A stretch of 64,000 nucleotides of DNA from Xylographa opegraphella (lineage: Eukaryota), in contig JALDZX010000056.1 in assembly GCA_022813865.1 (NCBI GenBank), positions 62,001-126,000 on the forward strand, written 5' to 3'. A program made the translations under genes and the position numbers. The notes beneath the pieces were generated by a model. The model was not told where the DNA came from. It searched no databases and saw nothing but the letters and a program-made list of their open reading frames with translations. Of the stretch, positions 48,901 through 61,008 are shown one piece after another. Numbering within the stretch: the first letter of the stretch is position 1; each line of letters begins with the position of its first letter.

Positions 48901-51193
48901 AATGATCATTTTGCATTTCCCCACGAAATTGACATGTCACCGTACGACGTGGAATATCTGAAAGATCCGGAGCGGTCAACCAAGAAAGACAACTTTGTCT
49001 TGGTTGGTATTCTGGTACACAGTGGAAACGCTGAATCGGGGCATTACTACTCTTATATTCGCGAACGTCCGGCCGACTCGGAAGACGATTTTTCGTGGGT
49101 CGAGTACAATGACGCTGATGTGGGACGCTTCGACCCGGCCAACATACCGGATCAATGCTTCGGTGGGCTCAATGAGCCTATGGCATTTTCAACAATGCGA
49201 TTTCCAAAAACGTGGAACGCATATATGCTTTTCTATCAACGTGCCAGCTCGATGGAGCACGATCGCCAGACGCATCTACCCATCCTCGCAGGAAACCCTG
49301 TTAAAGAACACATTCCTGCTGAGCTTGAAAACCGGATAGTTACTGAAAATGAACTTTTCATTCGTAAGTTCTGCTTGTTTGATGCGGAACATGCTAAATT
49401 CATCAAACATCTGCTCGACCACTTCCGCAACCTCAATAGGAATGATTGCTCTGAAGGACATATCCTTGAGAAGGAAGTCTTATGGCTCACTCTCGAACAC
49501 CTTGACCAAGTCTTCTCCAGAGCCAAAGATTGTCCCGAGTTCCATATCGTCCTCAACATAGTTACCAAGATTGTCAGCGCCTGCCCTGAATGCTGCAAGA
49601 TTACTTTGGACTGGGTGAGTCATCAAAGCAATGCACTCCGGAATTTACTTCTTCGGAGTCCCGACGAAGAGATCCGTCGGAAATTTGCCAAGATGGTTAT
49701 AAGTGGCTTGAAATTTCTCCGGGATAATGAAAGTCATGAGTATGGGGTCGATATTGACACGTTTGAAAGGGAGCCACCGAGCGAGTCAACGCTGCTGTCT
49801 GCAATACCTCAAGATGGAGGTGCTTTGCATGATATAATAAGGCGGCTGAAAGAGTTCTGGCAATATCTTCATTTACACTCTAGAGCGTGGGATGATTACT
49901 ACGAGTTGTGTGCGGGGATTGCTCAGCTTGGGCGGGTTGAATGTGCTATCATGCACCGAGAGGGATTTTTAACCCAATGTCTCCAAGTTTTAGTTGCGGA
50001 TTACAACCATACCTTAATCAAAAGGCTTCGACTCGACAATCCACCGCTTGCACACTATTTTCGAATGCTCGACAAAGGACGGAAATTCTCCTTCAAGCAA
50101 CTTCTAGCCCTCCTGGCAATACTTTTAAGATGTGCCGACTTTGGAACGGAGTGCGCAGACGACATTTACGCTAGAGGGAGCCGATTCTTATTCGCACATG
50201 GTTATCCACTTCGAAGACAAGAGGAAGCCTTAATTCGATTCGGAGAAACGCCGCGTTCCAAAGGTCTCGTCTTCCTTGATAAAGCTATCGGTGGAGAACA
50301 CAATACAGCAGCATGCCAAACAATTGTTCGGATTCTCACTCTTGCAGAGCCAGTTTTACAGCTGTCAGCTGCTATTCAACTCACGTTAATTTGTGGAGTA
50401 AACATCGATCCTGCTTCTGGGGCTAGACCATATCTTCAAGTAGCGCTTGCATTCTGTGAAACTTGTGCGAATAGCAGGATTGTTAAACATCTCCTCAGTG
50501 GTATTGCTGAAGAGGTGGAGACGATTGGTCACAGTGGAGGTGAAGATCATCTCGACTTTTTTAAAATGGCAAGAAGGATTCGGAATGAAAGTTTGGTGAA
50601 GCTCGATCCTGCATTCTTTCACAGCACGGTCTTGAAGCTAGTCCCTCGATGGGCGCCTACGCTCCTCATATATCCAGATCCTAACGTGAGGCAAGATACC
50701 ATAGCATTGCTGCACACGCTCGTCTTCAGCCTTGACATTCGAAACATGGACGATGAGGAGAAAGCCGATGAAGTCGAGGATGTAGCTAAGCAGCTTTGCA
50801 CCTCTTGTCTTAAGCGGATTCAGGAAAGTGTCATCATGCCCAACAAACAGATCGAAGCGAGGACAGTCGAAGAAATTGTTAGAGTCGTCCGAGTTTGCAT
50901 CGAAACCTACTTCGAGGAAGAAGACGGAGACAGTCCGAGTCAATTTTTATTAGAATCAGAGGGTGAGTCTCTTCACTAGCTTATAAGGATGGATGGATAT
51001 CTAACAGCTCAACAGCTATCCTCGACCGACTTCAGAGCTTGACCGTCTCAAGCCCCGATGATGCGCTATCTGGTGAGTACGACAGCGATGAGGGGGCTAC
51101 CGATTACTCTGAGAATTATGCCTAGATGTTTGGGACAACGGGTCAATAGCTTCGAGCGATTCGGAATCCGATGTCATCATCCTTTCTCCTTGA
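42940..51193 (+). CDS. Large ubiquitin-specific protease (USP34/USP9/24-like, C19 peptidase plus DUF3517), about 13 exons
   Basis: Cys box GLKNLSNTCYLNS; QMDVDEFYNLLFD; FHLKRFDYD; His box VHSGNAESGHYYSY; NAYMLFYQR. About 12 introns inferred by frame continuity. Confidence 0.93.
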
Positions 51194-52077
51194 TCTCTAC
51201 TTAGGATTACTTTGCCCATGGATGCTTTAGATTAATGACTGCAACGATTCTCCTTGGACTCATTGTGCCGGGTAGGAGTAAGGGCGAGGTAGGAAAAACC
51301 ATCGGTACGCTTGGACCGCAGGATAGAATGTTTGGAGGACTGGTGCATCAGCCACGGCGCGAATACGTACGGAATAGACTCGACCGCACGACAGCATCAA
51401 CTGCAGGATGACTTCATGAAAGCATTTCGACTATCTTACTGTAGCTTGGCCAGACGTCGTTCGACGGATGCAAGGTAGAGTGGCCCACAGCGTGGCTTGT
51501 TTCTGATGTTTGTGTTCGTCATTGCATGGTCGTGGGCAACGACGGGTCAGTCGTACTGCAGACGTGTATTCTAGATGGCGCGGCAGCCACATGCTTGCAA
51601 AAGCTTTCGGTAATGGTGATTTACCAGGCAGTATGCAATTACATGAATGCGCACGTGATAAGAAGCTTTCGTCTGATGTGTGCTACGGTAACCATTCGTT
51701 TACCTGTCTCCATGACCGCCCTTCCCTGGGAACAATGCTTTCGATAACATTTTCCCCAGACTTTGCTCCCGTCCGTCGGCCAACTCGAAACGCACTGCGT
51801 GTTGAGGTAGCCCTAGCTTCGCGTGCTCCACGGCCTCTTCTCGACCCCATCAGAAGCTGCACGGACTATAAAGTCTTGGAGGACGGCGGCTCCACCTCGT
51901 GTAGCATAGCAGAAGTTCGTCGCAACTGGACACGCTCGAGCTCATCTCATGACTTGTTGAGCCGATTCCACTGCGTCTGGCGGAGACGAAGCATATAATG
52001 CCATCTCAGCATGCAGCACACCGTCTCTCAATTGCAGATCACTCCGTGTTTATCGTCCGCTCCACACACCAGCCGCT

Positions 52078-53592
52078 TCACAGCGCATCCTCAAACTCCA
52101 CATCGTCCTCATCCGAGTCCTTATCTCCGTTTTCCACACCTACATCCCCTCCATCGCCAACACCGTTATACTCCAACTTGACCCGCTTTGCCGGCGAACC
52201 CTCCCGCTCCTCCTCTTCTTCCAGAAGTGCACCTTCCGCTGCCGGGGTTGAAAAATTCGTCCCGGGCGCGCTGCCCGAGGACTCGCTCTCATTTTTGATG
52301 CGCTTCGCTCCGTTGCCGTTCGCCAAACCGTTCGTGAGTGGGGGCTTTCTTGAATTGGCTGCGCTATACATGCTACTCGAGGGTGTAGCGATGCCGGAAG
52401 CGCCGCCAATGCCCACGTCTTCGAACTCGTCATCGTCCTCCTCTTCTGCGGACGTATCACGGTCTTGCTGCGCCTGCGCGGCCTTCTCCTGTGCCATCTG
52501 TGCGTAGTAGGCGGCCAGCTCGTCATCGAGGACCGTTGCGTCTTTCTTGACGTCCGGTTCATCCTTCGCATTCAGAGCTCCGGGACGCGCAGACAGGCGC
52601 TCGCGCTCTTTGTTGCCGAGCGCTGTGACTTCGCCCGTGACGGTTGACGCCGTATGCCAGACAGGCAGGGCGTTCTGTGCGGCGACGTCGGCTTTGCGCT
52701 GGGCTTCAGCGCGATCGGCAGCCAGGCGTTGGTCTGAGGTTGTAAGGGAGACTTCGAGGGGGGGTACGTAGGTATTTGCTTGACCTTTGGCTGCGGTGCG
52801 TGGGCCGCGGTCTGCGCCGACAGGTTCGGTTTTGGGGCGAGGGTTGATAGACTCGTTGCGGATGATTGGCACGGCGAGGGAGTAGGCAGTGTCGAAGTCA
52901 TTCTTGGGAATGTTGTGCGCGTCGATCTGTGGCATCAGCTGGAGCAGCTTGTCGAGTTGGGCGTGTAGCTTGCTTTGCCGCTCGTGGCCGGCCACGTCGG
53001 CGGCCGAGACGTCATCGCGCTCCAAGACGCCGTTGCAGCGGTGGCAGAGGAATTCACCCATAGGGGAGATACGGTCGAGGACTTCGAGCTGAGTCCATTG
53101 CGCTTGGCAGCGGGGGCAGTGGTAATCCTTTTTCTCTTGGCTGGGCTTGTATAGGTTCTTCACTTTCTCGGTAAGGTGGAAGATGCGGTACTTGATGGCA
53201 TCAATAGTGGCGTGGAAGTCGATGTAGTAGTAGTCTTTACTGATGGGGCGCTGTTGACCTTCGCGGGTTTCTTGTCTGGCGTGGCTGTGGGGTTGTGATT
53301 AGTATGAGCTGGTGGAACAGTCAGGCGCAAAGATGATGGGTGAGGGCTTACACTGCCAACAGGCGGTCTTCCTTCAGCTTACCGCACAGCTTACGCAAGT
53401 CCTTCTGCTGCATACCCAAGAGGAGCGCGAGGTCTTCGTTAGGCAGCCTGCGATTACTTCAGCCACGTCCTGAGCAGTGATAGCTGACTCGGCATACGCT
53501 GAGTGAACCATTAGAGCATCGATGACCAGCACATGCTTGGTATCGTAGAAGGCGCGAACAACGCTTCTGATCAGTGTACGCGCGAGATCCAT
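52078..53592 (-). CDS. TFA1: Transcription initiation factor IIE alpha subunit, 3 exons
   Basis: MDLARTLIRSVVRAFY; DYYYIDFHATIDAIKYR; zinc ribbon CPRC...CHRC; QNALPVWH; acidic tail ending EFEDAL. Confidence 0.96.
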
Positions 53593-54603
53593 ATCTGCAG
53601 TGATGAAATCAAAGGGTTTAGTGTACAAGAGTCCAGACGTCGACCTGGCGCTGCAGTGATACCGTACAATAGAACCCAGGCGCGTTAGGGGACTGGTGCT
53701 GCAGGCCCCATTGTTCACTTCTCTGCAGATGTGCTGCTGAGACTGTGAAGGAGACTTAGATCAATGGATGCAGTCAGTACCTTCTAGTAATCAAAGGTGC
53801 AGTGCGCGGGGCTTGACTATCTTTGAAAGCTCCGAGGGGCCAGTCATTTAATTCTTTGAAGCTATTGTTCCAGATGGAGGCTAGTTCTTGTTAAGGCTGC
53901 TAGCGCCAAGCTCGAACGTTGGCCATTATTGGTAGGTCCACCATACAATTGTGATTATTGTCCGAAGTCTTTCGTAAAGTACTGGACACCATGGTGCTTG
54001 CTTCAGCCACGCTGTAGAAACAGGAACTGCGCCACCGCATATGCATGCGATCTATCGGATACCATTTGTGTCATCCGCCACAGCTTCTACCATCCGCAAT
54101 CATGTCAGGCGCCGAAGTCCTTGCAGTCATCAGCATCGTCCCTGCCATTTGCTCTGTGTCGTTTACCAAGATGAGAATGTGCTTATTTCCCTGTTGGGAC
54201 CTGGCTCCATCGTAGCAGCGGAAGTCTGGTGGCTATGGATGCATTCGATTCATCGGACGCTATTGTTACACATTCGAAAGCGTCGTTGAAAGGGGGGTTG
54301 ACGAGTGAGGAAGAAGTGATCCGGTGCCAGTATTTAACGAGGACTATCAAACTCTTGTGCAGGTTGTCAGTAGAGACCCCAAGCCACAGTCGAAGCCAGG
54401 GAAAGGTTAACGGGATAACATACAATTCGTGCCGTGGGGACGTTAAAGAATGTTATAATCAACTTCCAATGCAAGCCGTTGTTCACCAATATACACATTT
54501 TGATCTGTTTAATACAGTATGTTATATATTTGTTTACTCGAGTGCTCTCAAGCAATGTTTTCCAGCCATCACCCAGAGAATTAGATCCGCAGTAAATTCT
54601 GCG

Positions 54604-56761
54604 TCACCCATCCTCCGGCTCGCCCTCCTCGTCCTCGGATTCTCCCTCCACTACTACGTCTTTCCTCCCCTTTACCCTAGCCAGCCCCGCGTCCCCATCA
54701 TCCTCACATGCGGCCATACCCTTTGACGACAGGTACAGTAGCTGCGTGCTCTTCAGATTATCGATATTCGAGAACATGACGTGGAAACTAATCTCGTCAG
54801 TCACGTTTTCTCTTCCAATAGCCGTAAGCCGCCTAACAAGTAAAGAAAGATGGAACGTAGCGAAGCAAAGCAAAGCAATAAGAAACGAAAATGACTACTC
54901 ACGTCCGGTCCCTCTCCTCCTCCCTCCACACCCGCTCATAAATCTCCCTCTGCTTGAACTCCCCCATCACATCCTCCCACCCTGCAAATCCCACCTCCGC
55001 CCTGCCCTCACCCACCCCTTTGACATTGTAGCTCGCAAACACCGGCCTCTCCAACAACAGTCCCAGCCCAGGCGCTTTCGGAACTACCATCTTCGCCGGT
55101 CCGTAGCTGTCCAGGACGCGGCCCTCTGGACACCCGCTGCGCACCACCAGCGCCGCCATACTGACCATCTTACGGATTTGATGCATCATGAAGCTCTGCC
55201 CGTGGACGGTGAGCGAGAGCCATTCGGTGTCGTTGATGATGATCGGGGCGGTGGCTAGCGTGAACGATTTGATAATTCGTTTCGCGGATGGGTCGCGCGG
55301 TGTCTTGCCGATCGTGTAGTTGTGGAAGGCGTGAGTGCCGTTGTAGAGGGCGAGGACTGAGCGGATGCGCGAGAGACGCGTGGCGGGCAGACGATACCTA
55401 TTCTTGGCAGTGATGAGAGCGTGACGGAGGGTGCGAAGAGCGGTTTCGATCGCGGAGGGTCGATGGAGCGCGGGATCTTCGACGTCGGATGAGGCGGCGG
55501 GCTGTTCGAGGTCGGCTTCGTGAGTTCGAGAGTCTGAGTTTGGGCTCTGGCTTAACGGCACCGAGGAAGTTCCTTCTGTTGCTCGAGTAGTGGATGGAAG
55601 CGCTGGATCGGCCGCTCGTTCTGTCTCGACTGCCTCCGTAGTTTTGGCTGGACCATTATTCTCGCTCCGGGTTCTGCTATCAAGGCGTAACCCTTCCTCC
55701 TCGTCCGCAGGAGTATTATGATAAAGTGCATTGAGCACCAGTGGCCGGATATATGGATCTAACGTTTCAAGCAAAGGCTTGACATATTTCTCCTCTGTGT
55801 CCTCCCAAAACGTAGCAACCTCCTCCTGCCTTTGCCTATAGCCCTCCAGATCCCCAGCCTCCTCGGCCAATTCAAGCAGCTTCCTACCCAAATAACTCTC
55901 CGGATGCGGTGGTAAGAAACAATGACTCGGTATTAAGTACTCATAGATTCTCGAGTCACACATCTGGTACGCGCTAAAACTCGAATTCGTCCTCACTATC
56001 CCCCAGACCCGGATCTGCGGCGATAGGTTGTCGTTGATCTTCTGGACGATATTCGGGTCCTCGATTATCAGTTTCATGGATATCACATTCCCAGCTGCAT
56101 GGACACCTTTATCAGTCCGGGCACAGCGTACCAGAGCCGATTTCTTAGGATCATCCGCGTTGGCTTTCGAGACCGCGCCTGCGGCGACGAACGCCTTGAA
56201 GAGGTCCCCTTCGATCGTCTTCTCCTTATCATTCCTACCAAACATTAGATTAGAACCTGATTTTTCCCAGATCACCGGCCAAGAATTACACACAGCTGCA
56301 TGCCCTTATACCCACTCCCCGAATAGCCAATCATGACCGCAACCTTCCGCTTCGGGCGCCGCTCCTCGCCCTCGATCTCCTCTTTCGAGAAGTCGACGGC
56401 GTAGACAGGCTTCCGCACTGGCGTCCCATCGTCCAACCGCTGGCGTTTGTCACTTTCCTGCGCTGCATCATTCCGTGCGCGCCGGTCACCTGACTTGCGG
56501 CTTTAGTGGTCAGTCTGGAAAACGAAGGGAAGGGAAATCGACATACGCCCATTCGGAACGACCCACGTCGCGCCTGTTCTTTCGATCACCGCGGCCGCGT
56601 GTGGTGCCTCGGCTTTTTGAATGACCTCTCCCTCGCCCTTCCCCCCGCCCTGGGCTTTCGGATGGCACTGCCAGGCTCGAAGATGATAGCTCTGTGAGAG
56701 ATGATGGCTGCTCACTTGAGTGGGTATTCGATAATGCGTTTGTAGTATTAGGCGCCTCCAT
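54604..56761 (-). CDS. PUS1: tRNA pseudouridine synthase 1 (TruA family), 4 exons
   Basis: KRKVAVMIGYSG.GYKGMQ; ARTDKGVHA (catalytic Asp); CDSRIYEY; GTHAFHNYT; GQSFMMHQIRKM; PKAPGLGLLL. Confidence 0.96.
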
Positions 56762-58637
56762 AACGGAGTTCTGAAGTTCATCAATATTTTACTCCAAGGG
56801 TGAGAATGGTATTTCCAGGCTTTGGGCAGTTGATACTGCAAACAATGTGAAAATCTAGAGTTCCAGGTGCTCTCCCTCAAAACTCTCTTTGCACCGTCAT
56901 TTCGAGGTCGTAAGTTCCGGGAGAGTTCTTGATCCAGCAGTATAAATTTTCGCGAAACCATTCGTTTGTCATCACCGAAGACCGTCAACAAACCGCGACA
57001 TTTCCTTGATGGTTCCCTATACCGCGAAACCTGCAAAATGGCTGCAAAAGTTGCGGGTAAATATCATACCAACACAGTACTGTTGATTTACTATATCATT
57101 GAATATCTTTAAAACCCACTCGTAACTTACCATTCTCCAAAGCTACTCCTTGATGATTCTTCAGGAAAATATTTGCTAAGAATCCATGAGGGATCGAACC
57201 CTCTTGAATGCTGCGTACACTTTCTGTTCCTGAGCGTTCTCGTCCTTGTTTTATAGCTTCGCTTTCGTGGAGTTCGGTTCTCTAATACAGACAGCCGATA
57301 TCGGGGCAATAGGATGGAGGCTTTTCAGTTTGCCCCAAGGTTCCCCAATCCCTCTGTCTCACTCACCGCAATCGTTTTTAATGGCCTTAGTATGGAGGTA
57401 TCTAATGCTGAACGTTCGCTTGGCTCACCCCGTAACTACATATCAGTTCACCCAATTTATGTCACTCGTTCGGCTTTCTGGGGAGGCATCTTTCCATTAT
57501 CGAAAAGCTTCTCTTTCCATCGGTTTTCTTTTTCCATTGCATTGAGCTCTGCTGCCCTTCTGGCACCTTTGGCCTGTCCGTTGTCTGCTATTGGCCCCAT
57601 AACGACCCTCGCTTAGTCGTCGGTCTCGTTGCCTGGCGGTATCTTTCGAGGTGCGACAACTCCGATGTTCTACAATGATGTGAGCATCTCTCGGATATGA
57701 CCAGCGCGCGTTACCGCCTGGGACCTACCATGTCTGGATTGTCTGCCCTGCAAACTCTTCCTGTCCTGCTCCTGAATGTTCAGTGATAACACGCCACGTT
57801 CTCTTACTTTCCAGTTTCCAGATATGAGTCTACTACAACTCTCACGATTGTAGAGGGTGACCGAAGTGGACAGTTCTCGCTGTCCAAAGTCTAGCCCATG
57901 GCTACGGTGAAGTTCAAGATATACTCCACAATCTCGGGAATTATCTGGACGTTGCTTCGCCGTTCAGCCAGATCGTGGCCCACGACTTCAACGTTACCTC
58001 TGATCTCATACTTTAAAGAAAATAAACAATATAAATAACCAGCCAGTCCGGCTTGAGCGACACATGTCCTCAGTAGCATCGACCTTGCCTTGGAGTTCTC
58101 GGTTTCAACCACCTTTCATTATCAAGTGTGACAGATGCAAAAGCAGAGCCAACTGTTAAAGGGGTAGAATAGGTTAAGGTAATTGGTGCTCCCGCCTCCG
58201 AACCTCCTTTAACTACTCTTGAATTGGTTCTGAACGTAGTTGAAATGCTCCGAAGATTGAGATACGAGGGATGGATGAGATATGAAACGAAGAAAACGCA
58301 TGCTGTACGCAACAAGCGTAATCATCGATTCAAACTCTACCACTGGTTTGCAGTGTTACAGAGCCTTGGAAACAACTCGAAGAGTTCATTGGTATTATTA
58401 ACATTATTTCTATCTGCATGTTTAGATCGGTACCCAGGAAACCCATTCGTAATCCACCACTCCGAAGCGCCACCGCTTCGCAGAAATATGTATCAATATT
58501 TACCAAGAATTGAAGTAGCATCGTCGCGGCATGATGCCAGCCAACGGACTCTGCTATCCAAGTATCCCGCAACCTCTTTCGTCTCGGTTATGATCTTGAA
58601 TCCCACCCAACCGATCTCTTACCACTCCTCGAGCACG

Positions 58638-59979
58638 CTATATGAAGCCTAACACCCATATCAACGCCCCAAGCACGATCCCTGTCCCTCCCGTGCCCAC
58701 CTCCACCTTCTCGCCCCAGCCCTTACTCGAGCTCAACGGCCCGGTCCCAGTGCTTGTGGCCGCGCTGCCATCGCCCGTCTCCGCACTCCCGTCGGCGGTC
58801 ATTGTTGGAGTCTCCGTCACCAGACTGAACAGGATGCTCGTGCTGGTGGGCAAGTCGGTCGTGAAGGGCAACTTATTCCCAGCGATTGAGCTCCCTGGGA
58901 CGACCTGGACGGGACCGGCGTTTTCGGGGTTGGCGGCAACACCCGTGGCGTTTGGGTCAAGGACGGAGTCGATGATGTGCAAGACGCCATTCGAAAGCAG
59001 AAGATCCTGCTGGATGATCCGCGCTTGATTGACGAACAGGCTGTTTGCTATGAAGGTGATGGTCAGGTTGCCGCCTTGCAGACTGGTCAGGGTGGTGGTG
59101 TTGTAGACGGAGCCGTTTTGGGCAACGACTCCATTCGGGAGATTGGCACTGTAGTAGGCTGTGGTGTTGGTCGGCACAATGTGATATTCGACCAGCGCAG
59201 TGAAGTCCTGGACGGTCATGCTAGAAAAGGAAGAGGCAATTGATTGCAGCGCGTTATTGTTGGGTGCGAAGATGGTAAGATCTTCGGCGACGTCGACATA
59301 TTGGGTGAGAACAGATGGCGCAGCGATGAAAGCCGCTGGAGCGGATGTGAGATTGAATGATGGGGAGGAAGTTGTGAGATCGAGAGGTGGGATAAGAAAG
59401 GTATCGAGGATGTGAAGTACACCACCATTAAACGTCAGATCCTGAGAAGGGCCTGTGTGTTAGTGCGCTATGTCTATAGACCCATCACGGGTATCGGAAA
59501 GGGTCCAGTCAACTTACTAGCTCTGTGAGCGACGCGCGAGTTCCCAAGCCACTGACCGCAACGAAGTTGTTCCCTGCTTGCTCGACGACGGAAATGACCT
59601 GACCACCTGTGACATTGGTGGTGCTCTGGTTTGTCAGGAGTGTAGGGAGAAAAGAGAAACTGCCACCGGAGAAAGAGCCCGAGGGATGGACGCCAACCGC
59701 AACATGATATCTGATCAACTCGCGCTGGAAGTCAATGTTATAGCTGCTGAAAGCTGGGGCCAGAACCGTGTAATTGAGTTGAGCGAACGCTGCATTGCCA
59801 GGTGCAAAGATGGTGATCTCTGACGCAGAAGAGAGGTTCTTGTATATGTTCGGGAAAGCTTTGAGCAGTGATTCGAACTCGGTCAGGTTCGGGTTCCCTT
59901 GGATCAGTTGTACAAGGGACTGTTGGGCAAAGGCGCCGACGAACAGTGAACAGACCCCAAGGGCCCGAAAGAGCTGCAT
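58638..59979 (-). CDS. Secreted, probably GPI-anchored fasciclin (two FAS1 domains) protein
   Basis: Signal peptide; ITIFAPGNAAF and LTIFAPNN (H1); YHVA/YHIV; GVLHILD/NGVLHIIDSVL (H2); S/T-rich stalk and hydrophobic C-terminus. Intron 59517-59442. Confidence 0.92.
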
Positions 59980-61008
59980 CGTATGTGTTCGGGAGAAACA
60001 ATCAAAGGTGGATCATATTGAAGTGATGGTCGAGAAATCCCGAGGACGATCACGACGGTGTGTGTGCTGAGCCACCGAGTGGATGGTGAAGGTGGTGTTG
60101 CATCCATATATTGCATGAATATTTGGGTCTGGCTCGTCTCAATCGGGGAGTTCCCGCCCGCTAAGCTGTTAGCTGCCTCGTGCTGGGAACGCGCCCCCCA
60201 ATCACAGCGTGCTGGACGGGTCCCAAGCGCAAACGAGCTATTCTGTCCCTATTCTTAGCCCCCGTATCTGCACCTGGTCTCACCTGTTCATCCCCGCATC
60301 TGCGATAGTGGGGCCTTGTGTGCTGTGGCGTGCATTCTTTTCTGTGCGCCATTTCCGAGCTGTCCAGTTATTTGTCTTCCAAATTCTGTGAAGCGCAGAC
60401 ACTGAAGAAGGACTAAGGCGCTGAATGATCGATCATCATCAAGTCCTTTTGCTTCGAGCTTCTTGCGCATCTTATAAGTAGCAGCGCATACACAATTGAG
60501 TGCTATATAACTGTAGTAACGTGGAGTCTTGAACGGAACGAGTTGCGTGCATGGGGATTTGACTGAAAATGGAGTAGACTATCTATGAGTGAGATGAAGA
60601 GTGTCTGCTCACAGTATCGCCAGGCCTCATGTGATAGTGATCAGACAATAGAGTTGTAAAAATCGCCTGAGAACGGTGTCGGTCGCCCTGTACCCAGTCC
60701 TTCCATGGCTGGAGATGTGAACCTCGGCCGCTGGGAAGTACGTAATGGAGATTATGCAACGCATCTCAATAATGGAGATCAGGAGTGCGGTTGGTCTAAG
60801 CATGGCATTCTTTTGAGAAGATGGTTATGTTCATGAAGGCTACTGACCTGGACCAGACGCGATCTGTAAGGGGTAAATACGAGCAACTTAAGCGAATTAA
60901 CAAGGGGAAGCCATCAAAGTGAGGCCTTTGAGCTATTCGATGGTACATTTCGCCCTTTCACATATCATTGTCTCGATTGGTATAATCCATATACATTCAG
61001 ACACGAAA

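Noticed and set aside
53929..54174. ORF with YNCDYCPKSF resembling a C2H2 finger start
   Set aside because: No correctly spaced His pair, non-ATG start, isolated.
57188..57203. tRNA T-arm-like hairpin GAGGG-TTCGAT-CCCTC (minus strand)
   Set aside because: Six-nt loop instead of seven, and no D arm, anticodon arm or acceptor stem.
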